64,000 nt of DNA. It comes from an uncultured Gammaproteobacteria bacterium. GTDB taxonomy: Bacteria > Patescibacteriota > Microgenomatia > Levybacterales > UBA12049. The notes below the pieces were generated by a model, which ran no database searches, was not told where the DNA came from, and saw only the letters and a program-made list of their open reading frames with translations. The stretch's first letter is position 1; each line of letters opens with the position of its first letter. A program made the position numbers and the translations under genes. Below, piece after piece: positions 37,050-46,447 of this stretch. Location: positions 258,604 through 322,603 of the forward strand of contig CAZCYO010000002.1 of assembly GCA_964503265.1 (NCBI GenBank). Direction: 5' to 3'.

Positions 37050-38162
37050 CTAGATAGCTCCTTTCATCCTTATGATGTTCTCCCTGTCTCCCGGGCTTTT
37101 GGTCAACGTATCGACGAGATCGAACAGCTCGCTCAGAGCATGTCCATACTTGATGACCAACGTATTTCGTCCTTCCGCATTCCCATCGAAATAGGGTTGC
37201 AGCAGGATAGTCAGTTGGCCAATCAGAGTCCCGATGTCGATAGGCATCTCAGTAGTCACTGTTTCCTGTCGCTCAGGTGTAACCCTAAGCAGCAGGACGA
37301 ACAGCTGATGGAGTTGATCGAAGTTCGGGCTCAGCGATTGCTGATCCTCCATCTCGATCTTCTTTTTCAACTGATCGATGACGAAGCTGAGTGCTTCCTC
37401 GAGAGTCGGTTCAGCGGGTTGCAGCTTTGTAGCTGCATTCCTCTGTCCCTCATCTACTTTGAAAGAAAGCGCCCCAACCAGATCGGTGAGGTGTCGGACT
37501 TGATTCTGTGTCTCACTCAGTTGTGCGTTGAGTTCTGCCACAATGCCATTACTGGCTTGCGTCAGTGACGCTAACAGCGGAGCAGCAACGGTATTGGCAA
37601 CTTGCGAAGCCATCGATGCTGCCCAGTTATCCATCCATCCATTGATGTAATCTCCGGGTGTCGGGAATGGAGACGCGGGAATCCGTCCAGCAGTAGCCGG
37701 TGAAGGCTGTGACTGAATGGGCGGCGTTGGCTGTGTTGGAGCCGTAGAAAGACGATGGTCTGGCCGACTTGCCGGCTCTTGCGGAACCTGTTGCGGTTGT
37801 GCCGTAGCATGGCCATTTCGCGTAAAGATCTCCGGTAGTGGTTGCTGCCTTGTGAGCCACTGGGTGTACTTCTGCGGAGTCCATGCACGGATAATTTCCT
37901 TGCGAACTCCACGAGTCTCAGTGATCCGTGGCGGAATCTTGGTAGGATCTGCAGACACGATGCCGATACGAAAAAGTTTCGCATAGGCTTCGACATCAGA
38001 CGAGATCGCTTCGGCGATCGAGATCCCATTGAAAGATTTACCGATTCCTAGCAACTCGCCAATCTCAGACTTGAACTTCAAGCCGAGCTGCTGGCGTTTT
38101 GCTTGGATCTCATCCCGAATTGGGTGAGTCCACCACTCGTAGGGTGACTTGGCGCGCACCAT
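37050..38162 (-). CDS. Island gene 1: hypothetical protein (370 aa), ordered N-terminal domain, Pro/Gln-rich linker, alpha-helical C-terminal domain
   Basis: Start MVRAKSPYEWW preceded by a perfect AGGAGG RBS 7 nt upstream. No recognisable domain. Stop TAG overlaps the RBS region of the GHKL gene (operon). Confidence 0.5.
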   Translation of the reverse strand: MVRAKSPYEWWTHPIRDEIQAKRQQLGLKFKSEIGELLGIGKSFNGISIAEAISSDVEAYAKLFRIGIVSADPTKIPPRITETRGVRKEIIRAWTPQKYTQWLTRQQPLPEIFTRNGHATAQPQQVPQEPASRPDHRLSTAPTQPTPPIQSQPSPATAGRIPASPFPTPGDYINGWMDNWAASMASQVANTVAAPLLASLTQASNGIVAELNAQLSETQNQVRHLTDLVGALSFKVDEGQRNAATKLQPAEPTLEEALSFVIDQLKKKIEMEDQQSLSPNFDQLHQLFVLLLRVTPERQETVTTEMPIDIGTLIGQLTILLQPYFDGNAEGRNTLVIKYGHALSELFDLVDTLTKSPGDRENIIRMKGAI

Positions 38163-38399
38163 GATGTACCTCCTGATATATATGAAACGTTCAGTAACCG
38201 CGGTACCTAAGTACCTCCTTTTTCCCCTTACGGGGAACTTGTAGTAACTCCCAAAGAATGGGAGTTTTCCCTCTCTCACTTGTCAATGATCCTAACCCCC
38301 TGACAGTACTTTTCAGTACGCCAAACGTTATTTGTCTAGCTAAGAGGGAAAGTGCGGAAATTATAGCAGATTTTTAACTTATAGTAAACAAATGCGAGG

Positions 38400-39296
38400 C
38401 TATTTAAGTTCTTGAGCGATAAGTGAGGAAAGAGTGAGTATTTCTAATTTTTCAAATCGCTTTTCTTCAGGGACATAGACGCTGTCTGTAACATAGACTT
38501 TTTTAACTAGAGATTCTTGGAGAATTTTCGGTGCTTCGGCCGAAAATACTGGATGTGTAGCAAATACGTATATCTCCTCTGCCCCATTTTTATGCAGTAA
38601 TTCTGCAGCTTTTGCGATAGTTCCACCACTTGAAATCATATCATCGACGATAAGCGCACGTTTTTGTATCGTTCCTTCAAAACTTGCAGCCTCAACAAAT
38701 CCCGTCGCGAGATCACGTTTTTTTGTAATAGTTACATATGGCATGTCCCCAAGTAAATGTGAGAGTATTTCAATTCTTCGAATACCACCGACATCTGGGG
38801 TGATAAGTACTGTATCTTTCTGAGTCCAACCTTCTTTTCTAATCGTCTGGGCAAAAAGAGAAAGTGCAGATAAATGAAGTACCGGGATATGGAAAAGTTC
38901 GGGGATACGAATCGTATGTAAATCACATGCAATAATACACTCAATTCCAAGTGACTCGAGCGTGGTAATGATTACTTGCATCGAGACTGCTTCTCCATCT
39001 CGGAATACATGATCTTGTCGTTGGTAGCCGACATATGGCATCACGACTTTTACACTTCTGGCGCCACTTCGTTTTGCAGCATCAATAAGAAAAAATAATT
39101 CGAGATAATTCTGATCGACAGGCGTAGATGTCGATTGCACGATTATTACGTCTTCATCTAACACTGGTTCTTGGATTTGTATGCGTCGTTCCCCATCTGG
39201 GAAAATAAATATTTCACGAGAAGAAAGAGTCGTACTCAGTGCTGAAGCAATTTTTTTAGCAAGCGGTTGATTTGAAGAGCCACTAAAGATTTTCAC
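38400..39296 (-). CDS. prs: Ribose-phosphate pyrophosphokinase
   Basis: PRPP synthetase motifs (VVMPYVGYQRQD, DLHTIRIPELF, PRPP-binding ALIVDDMISSGGT). Confidence 0.95.
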   Translation of the reverse strand: MKIFSGSSNQPLAKKIASALSTTLSSREIFIFPDGERRIQIQEPVLDEDVIIVQSTSTPVDQNYLELFFLIDAAKRSGARSVKVVMPYVGYQRQDHVFRDGEAVSMQVIITTLESLGIECIIACDLHTIRIPELFHIPVLHLSALSLFAQTIRKEGWTQKDTVLITPDVGGIRRIEILSHLLGDMPYVTITKKRDLATGFVEAASFEGTIQKRALIVDDMISSGGTIAKAAELLHKNGAEEIYVFATHPVFSAEAPKILQESLVKKVYVTDSVYVPEEKRFEKLEILTLSSLIAQELK

Positions 39297-39390
39297 TACG
39301 ATAAATTTACACTATTCCCAGTGTTTTGTACATCATAATTGTTGAGTTTCTTCACTAGTGAAACTCTGAATCTTTGCATTTTGAAACTTT

Positions 39391-39681
39391 CTACTTTCCC
39401 CCAAGTAAGCCACCGAGGCCTCCCATTCCACCACTCATTGATTGCAACTTTTTCGCCGCAACTTCTTGTGATTTCTTGATCGCTTCATTGATAGCATCCT
39501 TGATATCATTATCTGATCGACCTTGTGCTGAAATAGATTTGATTTTCTGATCTCCAGTAATAACTACTTTAATACCATACTTATCAACTTCTATTTCTTC
39601 AGCTGCCAATTGTCGCTGAATCATCAGCGCCTGATCACGCATTTTTTTAAGCTCACCTAATTGTCCAAATGGATTATTCAT
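39391..39681 (-). CDS. ybaB: Nucleoid-associated protein YbaB/EbfC
   Basis: 96 aa, MNNPFGQLGELKKM...GGMGGLGGLLG signature. Confidence 0.85.
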   Translation of the reverse strand: MNNPFGQLGELKKMRDQALMIQRQLAAEEIEVDKYGIKVVITGDQKIKSISAQGRSDNDIKDAINEAIKKSQEVAAKKLQSMSGGMGGLGGLLGGK

Positions 39682-39704
39682 TTTATTTCACCACCTTTCA
39701 CATC

Positions 39705-39794
39705 TGTCATTGCGAGGAACGAAGTCGAAGATCCTCGAACGGGGCAATCTCTTATTATTTTCTATAAGATCGCCGCGCTTCGCTCGCGATGACA
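39705..39794. repeat. MITE-like element family C (TGTCATTGCGAGG...CTCGCGATGACA termini)
   Basis: tgtcattgcgaggaacgaagtcgaagatcctcgaacgg...cgcgcttcgctcgcgatgaca. Half-copies at about 7128-7145, 19214-19240, 12470-12500. Confidence 0.55.
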
Positions 39795-39801
39795 AAGATT
39801 T

Positions 39802-40245
39802 CTAATTTTCAAACCCATACTCCGAAAAGTATATGTTTTCTTGATAATTCTTGAGTGCTTGTCTTACAGACGGCGTCATATTATCAGGCAGTTCATTTAG
39901 AGAGAACCACTGCAAATCATCACATTTATCTGCTTCCATAACCCGTGGTATCCCAATCCACTTTGTCGCTTGGAAAAATATTTCCATACATTCAATATTT
40001 GATCGTGTATGCATGACATGGACCACTGTTAAATCTTTTTCAGCAATCGTAATATCTGCTTCTTCTTTTGCTTCACGAATGATTGAGTCGATTAAGCTCA
40101 CATCTCCATCGTGATGTCCAGCAATTAGGCCATAATTGCCATCTTCATACCCAGTGTTATATCTACGAGAAAGAAGCACTTCGTTATTTTTAACGAGAAT
40201 CAAATGAACACCAATTCTAAATGTAACACGTTCTTGAGTCGGCAT
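39802..40245 (-). CDS. NUDIX hydrolase
   Basis: Nudix box GHHDGDVSLIDSIIREAKEEADI. Confidence 0.85.
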   Translation of the reverse strand: MPTQERVTFRIGVHLILVKNNEVLLSRRYNTGYEDGNYGLIAGHHDGDVSLIDSIIREAKEEADITIAEKDLTVVHVMHTRSNIECMEIFFQATKWIGIPRVMEADKCDDLQWFSLNELPDNMTPSVRQALKNYQENIYFSEYGFEN

Positions 40246-40270
40246 ACTTCAGCTATAATACCAAATCTTA

Positions 40271-41875
40271 CTAACTTTTCAAAACGATTGAAATAGCCAC
40301 AGGACTTCCCGTTAATTCGCGACACACTTTTTCAAGTGATTCCATAGTCGCACCATGGTCTAATTTTTCTTTATGGAATTTATATGCAGTCTCAATGATA
40401 AGTGTTTTTCTATCAAAACTTTTAATAAAACAGCCACGGAGTACTCCTGCAATCGTATGATTATGTGCTTTCATTTCAGAGATAATACATTTCCAAAACG
40501 TATCCATCCATTCTTTTGTAATTTCCCCATCGTTACCTAAGTGTGCCAATTGCAAATCAGTCGTTCGAATCGGTTCGACCACTTCTTCGGGCTCTTTCGA
40601 TTCACCATACAGCGCTTTAATTTTCGCGATATTTCCCACCTGTTTTCGCATTGAGGAAATCGTCACCCCTTCATCTTTTATCATATTCCCATGTTCTACA
40701 ACTTTTTTTTCAACAACGTCAATCTCCTTATTTGAAGCTTGAGGCTTTGAGCTTGCAACTTCACCATGCCCACACCATTCAAATAACGCGAGCTCAAGCG
40801 GTAACTGTACTAATACCGTATTCTTCATTTCCCCATGTGCTTTTGAAAGTATCATTAAGATCTGAGATAACTCTTGTTTCGATAATAATGCGTCTTGAGT
40901 CTTGGGGCTTGAAACTTGTGAAAGCAGCAGGTCATGGAATGCTTCTGTGAGCTGCAGCATAAAAAATCGCATCTCAATCCCCTGACTAATAACTGTCTGA
41001 ATAGCTTGTAATCCTTTTTGAATATCCTTTGTTTCAAATGAAGCAATCAAATCCAGAATAAGTCGTCCAGTATGTTGTGTATGATATTTCTCCTCAACTA
41101 ACTCTTTCGTAATTTTTTTCCCTGCAGTCAGTGAAACGATCTCTTCAAGTAATTTTGCTCCATCTCGAAATCCTCCATCTGACATCTTCGCAATTTCAAA
41201 AAGTGCATCATCATCTGCCTCTAATTTCTCTCCAATTATAATGCGCTTAAATGAACGCACAAGCTCTTCTGGTGTCGCTTTGGTAAATGACACATGAAAG
41301 CATCGTGAAAAAATAGTTGCAGGGACTTTATGCGTTTCTGTCGTACAGAGAATAAACATCGCATGTGTTGGTGGCTCTTCAAGCGTTTTGAGAAGTGCGT
41401 TAAACGCTTCTGTCGTTAACATGTGGACTTCATCAATAATGTAAATTTTCTTTTTTGCGTTAACTGGGGAAAGTTTAATTTTTTCTTTTAGGTCACGAAT
41501 CTCATCAATACCTCGATTAGAAGCAGCATCGATTTCCATAACATCTAAATTATTTCCACTTGTAATCGAAATACACTGTTCACAGACATTACACGGCTCG
41601 ATTGAATTGCCTAGAGCATAGGGCATAGAGCTAAGAGTCTCCTCTTCATTTTTACCCTTTGCTCTTTGCGCTTCGCTTTTTTCCTTTCCCGTACAATTAA
41701 CCACCTTCGCAACAATTCTTGCACTAGATGTTTTACCAAGTCCCTTAGGTCCAGTAAATAAAAATGCATGAGGAATTGATTCGGGCGTAGCTAAAATAGC
41801 AGTAAGACTTTCACGAACCTGAGCGTTATCAAGTTCGCCGATTGTTTGATTACGATATTTTCGATAAAAAACCAT
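40271..41875 (-). CDS. dnaX: DNA polymerase III subunit gamma/tau
   Basis: Walker A GPKGLGKTS, Zn module CNVCEQC, DEVHML Walker B, sensor motifs. About 25-aa Lys/Glu-rich insertion before the zinc module. Confidence 0.9.
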   Translation of the reverse strand: MVFYRKYRNQTIGELDNAQVRESLTAILATPESIPHAFLFTGPKGLGKTSSARIVAKVVNCTGKEKSEAQRAKGKNEEETLSSMPYALGNSIEPCNVCEQCISITSGNNLDVMEIDAASNRGIDEIRDLKEKIKLSPVNAKKKIYIIDEVHMLTTEAFNALLKTLEEPPTHAMFILCTTETHKVPATIFSRCFHVSFTKATPEELVRSFKRIIIGEKLEADDDALFEIAKMSDGGFRDGAKLLEEIVSLTAGKKITKELVEEKYHTQHTGRLILDLIASFETKDIQKGLQAIQTVISQGIEMRFFMLQLTEAFHDLLLSQVSSPKTQDALLSKQELSQILMILSKAHGEMKNTVLVQLPLELALFEWCGHGEVASSKPQASNKEIDVVEKKVVEHGNMIKDEGVTISSMRKQVGNIAKIKALYGESKEPEEVVEPIRTTDLQLAHLGNDGEITKEWMDTFWKCIISEMKAHNHTIAGVLRGCFIKSFDRKTLIIETAYKFHKEKLDHGATMESLEKVCRELTGSPVAISIVLKS

Positions 41876-41879
41876 AATT

Positions 41880-42019
41880 GAAAGTTAAAAGTGAGAAGCA
41901 AAAAGGCAAAAGCACAATTAAAAATTACGAACTAGATCCTGAATCAAGTTCAAGATGACAAGTCAGTTTTTACTTTTGAACTGTATTTTTGAGTTTTGAC
42001 TTTTACTTTTTGCATTCCT
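41880..42019. repeat. Palindromic intergenic repeat (AAAGTTAAAAGTGAGAAGCAAAA...TTTTGACTTTTACTTTTTGC), family D
   Basis: Related palindromic copy at 44397-44490 (aaaagttagaagtcaaaa...ttttgacttttcagtttttacttct). Confidence 0.5.
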
Positions 42020-42406
42020 CTATCTGTGGTGAATCCCCATGAGGTGGAGTAATCCATGGCGAACTAATTCATCCACTTTGTCATCAACCAGCATTTCATC
42101 CCGAGCAGCATCACGAATAACCTGAGGATACGCTAATATAATATCTCCAAGGCGAATAATGTCTTGAGGTAAATGGGTATCTTCTCCTTCAGCGAGCGGA
42201 AATGACAGTACATTGGTCGTACCTTCTTTATTACGATATTTCTTATTTAGTACTGCCATTTTCCTATCTCCGACAATAGCGACAGAAACTTCTGTATCAC
42301 TTTGAACCTTATGTTCTCCAAGCACTTCGGCAATACTTTTTTTAATTCGCTTTCTGTCTACTTTATATCTACTTTCGACGAAAATAAGCACATCTAACTT
42401 TCCCAT
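42020..42406 (-). CDS. ybeY: rRNA maturation endoribonuclease YbeY
   Basis: HGLLHLMGIHH His-triad motif at the C-terminus. Confidence 0.8.
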   Translation of the reverse strand: MGKLDVLIFVESRYKVDRKRIKKSIAEVLGEHKVQSDTEVSVAIVGDRKMAVLNKKYRNKEGTTNVLSFPLAEGEDTHLPQDIIRLGDIILAYPQVIRDAARDEMLVDDKVDELVRHGLLHLMGIHHR

Positions 42407-42597
42407 TACATGGTTCGTCTCCTTGCTTTTCGTAATTCTTGTAGTTCTGCTTTTCGGCGTTGTGATGGTTTAAGATAGAATTGTCGCTGTTTTGCTTGCT
42501 GAATAATTCCAGCATCCATTACTTTACGAGAAAACTTTCGAATAATCGAATCATCACTATCTCCTGGCATCTTCTTAACATGTACCATAAAAAACAC
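42406..42597 (-). CDS. rpsU: 30S ribosomal protein bS21
   Basis: Basic 60-aa protein (IRKFSRKVMDAGIIQQAKQRQFYLKPSQRRK pattern). Confidence 0.75.
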   Translation of the reverse strand: MFFMVHVKKMPGDSDDSIIRKFSRKVMDAGIIQQAKQRQFYLKPSQRRKAELQELRKARRRTM

Positions 42598-42705
42598 CCC
42601 CCTTCAGGATAACTAAGTACTTATTTTACTCTAAATGAGCCCGTAAGTAAACAGCACCCGTGCCTGATCAGTTACAGAAGCCCAAACGTAGTAGCATCAC
42701 TATAA

Positions 42706-42734
42706 TTGACACAAAAATAACTAATTGATATACT
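42706..42734 (+). promoter_or_regulatory. Sigma70-like promoter TTGACA-17-TATACT
   Basis: TTGACA 42706-42711, TATACT 42729-42734, ATG 42748. Confidence 0.4.
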
Positions 42735-42747
42735 ACAGGCTATTATT

Positions 42748-44079
42748 ATGCCTGGGCAAGAAACTGATCACCGTAGAGAAAAATCGCCTATTCTTTTTCA
42801 TCCAGATACTGGATATGTTTTTGTCGACGATAGAATGGGACAACTTCCATCAGGACCTAAAAAAGATGTTACCCATACCTTCGCATTAACCGGAAGAGTT
42901 ACAGGAAAAGACATAAAACAAATTATTGCAGAAAGCGGTTCAACAAGGAGTACAGGCACTGTTATGCGCGAATTAAATATATGGTATGCTGGCAAAACTC
43001 CCGACGAATACGAACCTGCAGATGCTACCTTTGTTCACGATAGACATACTGCTTCAGATGGTATCGAATACCAAACCACAAGAGAAATACAAATTATTAC
43101 AGACGATCAATTAGACGGATTAGCAAACGTGAGAGGTGCTAACCGTATTAAAACACCCCGAGGTGGTGCACAAATACGAAATAGCGAACAGACAAATAAT
43201 AAAGAGACGTCGGCTGAGAAAAAAATTAAAATACTCAGTGAAAATTTTGGTATTTATGAATATAAGGGAAGAAAAATCAAAATTCCAAATGGAATACAGC
43301 TAGCTCAACTTATGCTGTTATCTACGAATCCGATGCTTTGGCTGCCAGAAGACGTACTCCTCTCAATTACTCCAGGTGAAACTGATGAACAAAAAGGGAA
43401 AACACTCGCATATGCACTAAATAATATTCGGGAACAATTTCGTGGAGGACCCGCGACCACTGATCCTGATAAGCAACTCATTCAAAGTAGACGTGCAGAT
43501 ATCCCTGGAGAGCGAAAGTATGAATATAGATTAGGCATACCAATCGAGAAAGAAAAACCAAAACACCCATCTATGATTTCAGCGTATCAAGCATCTGTAG
43601 TGAGTAACTTATTAGTGCTTCGCAACGGTATAGATATCAAGATCGGAAATGATCAGGGGACATTTTCTGTAAATGGTCTTGGAGAAATTAAGAAAAAACT
43701 AGATGATGATCTAGCAACCCCAGTTCAAACCATTTCAATTGAAAAACAACGGCAAGACGCATTTATGAACATTGAATTATTTTTAAAAGTTGGTTCAGTT
43801 GAACAAGAACAATTTATTAGACGACATGATAACCCTGAAGTAAGAGAACTACTACGATGGATTCGTGACGAAAACGAACGGGGAAGTTTACAGGGGACAG
43901 TTTACTACTTTCTAACAATCGAACCAAGTACGATTACCAGAACAGAACTCTATCAAAATCCTCAAACTAACAGAAAATGGGTTGCACCACCTGAAGCAAT
44001 CGCTGCACAATATATTAAAAGAAAACAAAGAGAACAAAAATCTGACGACAGTCAACAACTGTTAGTTGCATTTACCTAA
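42748..44079 (+). CDS. Hypothetical protein (443 aa)
   Basis: Long ORF with own promoter. No recognisable domain. Confidence 0.45.
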   Translation: MPGQETDHRREKSPILFHPDTGYVFVDDRMGQLPSGPKKDVTHTFALTGRVTGKDIKQIIAESGSTRSTGTVMRELNIWYAGKTPDEYEPADATFVHDRHTASDGIEYQTTREIQIITDDQLDGLANVRGANRIKTPRGGAQIRNSEQTNNKETSAEKKIKILSENFGIYEYKGRKIKIPNGIQLAQLMLLSTNPMLWLPEDVLLSITPGETDEQKGKTLAYALNNIREQFRGGPATTDPDKQLIQSRRADIPGERKYEYRLGIPIEKEKPKHPSMISAYQASVVSNLLVLRNGIDIKIGNDQGTFSVNGLGEIKKKLDDDLATPVQTISIEKQRQDAFMNIELFLKVGSVEQEQFIRRHDNPEVRELLRWIRDENERGSLQGTVYYFLTIEPSTITRTELYQNPQTNRKWVAPPEAIAAQYIKRKQREQKSDDSQQLLVAFT

Positions 44080-44081
44080 CG

Positions 44082-44396
44082 CTATTTCATAGGTCCTAAG
44101 AGGTGAATATGTAAATGGTCAACGTCTTGAAATCCCCCACCATTTATTTGAATTCGATAACCCTTATTTTCTAGTGCTTTTTCTGTAATCATTTTTTGAA
44201 TTACAATACTTATTTCTTTCATAAGATGCATATCTTCGATAGCGACAAATTCTGATACATGTTTTTTAGGAACGATGAGTAAGTGTACTGGTTTTTGTGG
44301 ATGAATATCAGGAAATACCATTACAGCTTCGTCCTGATAAACGAAATCTGCTGGAATTTTCCCGTCTCTGATTTTACAAAATAAACAATCTGACAT
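44082..44396 (-). CDS. HIT-family (histidine triad) nucleotide hydrolase
   Basis: C-terminal HLHIHLLG triad. Confidence 0.9.
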   Translation of the reverse strand: MSDCLFCKIRDGKIPADFVYQDEAVMVFPDIHPQKPVHLLIVPKKHVSEFVAIEDMHLMKEISIVIQKMITEKALENKGYRIQINGGGFQDVDHLHIHLLGPMK

Positions 44397-44490
44397 AAAT
44401 TAAAAGTTAGAAGTCAAAATCACAAGTAAAATGTGAAAACTTTTGCTTTTTTAGATGTGCTTTTGACTTTTCAGTTTTTACTTCTCAATC
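44397..44490. repeat. Palindromic intergenic repeat, family D
   Basis: See 41880-42019. Confidence 0.5.
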
Positions 44491-45408
44491 TTAGTATAAC
44501 TCTTTCAAAACCTCAATAATTCTCTGCAAACTAAGATTGGTTGGAACTTGATTGGGATTTTTCGATCCTCCATTTAGTAACATTTTCTTTGAAACATGAA
44601 GAAACCACGTCGCATCGGGATCCATTTTCGAAAATCGTTCATATGCGAGAGTCAGATCAATATCAGTAGTTTTGTTTTCTGGAGGACGGACTTTAATACG
44701 GACAAATCCACCTTTAGGATCTTTTCGAACAACCAAATGATACCCCATTTTTTGTGCAAGTTTTAATACTGAGTCATTTGCGGTATCGAACCCTACCCCT
44801 TTTCCCCTCTTCGTTTCAAAGACTATTCCTTTACCATCAATCTCTTCTTCAGCAGATATTCTATTTTCAAATGTATGAAAAAGCGAATCAAGCACCTCGC
44901 GTCCAAATTCCACATAATAATCATGCTCTTCAGGTTTAAGTAATTTTAGTCCTTCAAGAACTCCCAGTATGGTAAACTCATACCGATCGGCAGCGGCTTC
45001 GGGCCAAAATACTTCTTTAAAATGATCTGTTTCAACAATAAATTGTACAACACGTGATACCGCCTTTTTATGAACATCTGTCATAGAAGATCCATGTGCT
45101 TCAATGGTAGTTTTTACATAATCCCATGCACGACTAGTCCCCGATACACTCGAATCAGATGTTTCATGATGATCAAGTGGTCCAAGTCCTGTATCTACAT
45201 GAATTACTTCATCTTTTCCTTGTACTTCAATCGTTTCAGTATTCTCACCTAGTTTCGCCATTTGATATTTGCCAGGTCCTGTTCTTCTCCCACCTGCCGG
45301 AACAAATTCGACAGCAGCATCTCCCCACCCAGAAAGAAACTTTTTAATAACCCAAACTCCGCCAATTGCATCCCAATCGGGGGAAATATGTGTAACAATA
45401 ATTTTCAT
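44491..45408 (-). CDS. DHH-family phosphoesterase
   Basis: Motif I HISPDWDAIGG, DHH motif (GLGPLDHHE). Confidence 0.7.
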   Translation of the reverse strand: MKIIVTHISPDWDAIGGVWVIKKFLSGWGDAAVEFVPAGGRRTGPGKYQMAKLGENTETIEVQGKDEVIHVDTGLGPLDHHETSDSSVSGTSRAWDYVKTTIEAHGSSMTDVHKKAVSRVVQFIVETDHFKEVFWPEAAADRYEFTILGVLEGLKLLKPEEHDYYVEFGREVLDSLFHTFENRISAEEEIDGKGIVFETKRGKGVGFDTANDSVLKLAQKMGYHLVVRKDPKGGFVRIKVRPPENKTTDIDLTLAYERFSKMDPDATWFLHVSKKMLLNGGSKNPNQVPTNLSLQRIIEVLKELY

Positions 45409-45508
45409 TATGGCAAGTATAGCGAATTATGACTCAGTTGCAAAGCTGCAAGCCTCAAGTTGCAAGATCTTATGAAGCTTGAATCTTGCGACTTGAGGCT
45501 AGTATGGC

Positions 45509-46009
45509 TTGACAAACTTTTCTGAATCTACCATCATGGTAGTAGCTACTAAAGTATTTATGGATCCAAAAACCTTCGCTAAATTAGATCCGAAATTAAG
45601 AGAAACATATGAACGTGTGATGGGAACATCTGTGCCACAAAAACCAACTATTATTCCAGCTCCTCAAACAAATACGACACCTCCACCTGCTACCACCCAG
45701 GCTACACCAGTAGAAACTGCAACAAACGCTGTTGAACATACATCATCACCTCCACCAGTAACCGTTCCAGTAGTAACCAAAGAAACAACCGAAGGTCAAT
45801 CTACTACTCCCACTCGAACGCATAACACAATTGCAGTTCATACTGCTGTATCAACACCCTCACATCACGACGAAAAAACTGAAATATATGAACCAACAAC
45901 AGGAGTTCCTGCATGGAAAAAAATTCTCTTTATCGTTTTGGGGATTATCTTTTTCGGCACCTACGCGACTTTTTGGCTACTCTTCTTTAAAGTAAAACTC
46001 CCGTTCTAG
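45509..46009 (+). CDS. Hypothetical Thr/Pro-rich protein with C-terminal TM
   Basis: ORF preceded by a strong 17-bp hairpin (45446-45493). C-terminal hydrophobic helix. Confidence 0.45.
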   Translation: MTNFSESTIMVVATKVFMDPKTFAKLDPKLRETYERVMGTSVPQKPTIIPAPQTNTTPPPATTQATPVETATNAVEHTSSPPPVTVPVVTKETTEGQSTTPTRTHNTIAVHTAVSTPSHHDEKTEIYEPTTGVPAWKKILFIVLGIIFFGTYATFWLLFFKVKLPF

Positions 46010-46447
46010 AAGTTAGTAGATAATAGTTAGAAGATAGAATGAATAAGATTAATTCATTTAAAGATCTTTATGCTTGGCAAAAAGGACACGCTCTTGTACT
46101 CCTTGTCTATCAAATCACTAACCATTTACCTCAACGAGAACAATTTGCACTTATCAGCCAAATGCAACGCGGAGCAATTTCAATAATAAGTAATTTAGCT
46201 GAAGGATTCTCAAGAAGAGGAATCAAAGATAAAATGCATTTCTATTATATAGCTCTTGGATCTACTACAGAAATTGAAAACCAATTGTTAGTTTGTAAAG
46301 ATCTAGGTTATATTAATGAAATTATATTCAACGATGCAGATTTATTAATAACCGAGGTAAAAAAATTAATAAATGGACTAGTTAAAAGCACCAAAAATCG
46401 TAGTTAACCACTATCTCCTAACTCCTATCTTTTAACTACTCTTCCTA
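46008..46447. mobile_element. Inverted-repeat-flanked cassette carrying four-helix-bundle gene, copy 2
   Basis: Left arm gaagttagtagataatagttagaagatag versus right arm reverse complement gaagagtagttaaaagataggagttaggagatag. The right arm overlaps the proS stop region. Confidence 0.45.
46039..46407 (+). CDS. Four-helix-bundle protein (23S rRNA IVS protein family), paralog 2
   Basis: ...SQMQRGAISIISNLAEGFSR...LGSTTEIENQLLVCKDLGYI pattern. Confidence 0.75.
   Translation: MNKINSFKDLYAWQKGHALVLLVYQITNHLPQREQFALISQMQRGAISIISNLAEGFSRRGIKDKMHFYYIALGSTTEIENQLLVCKDLGYINEIIFNDADLLITEVKKLINGLVKSTKNRS

Noticed and set aside
34036-38051. Numerous 60-190-aa ORFs on both strands inside the high-GC island (e.g. 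34215-34766+, 35696-36205+, 36557-37027+, 36996-37568+, 37571-38029-)
   Set aside because: Typical spurious open frames of GC-rich DNA. They overlap the three long same-strand genes that have proper RBSs, and are Arg/Ser-rich antisense-like translations.
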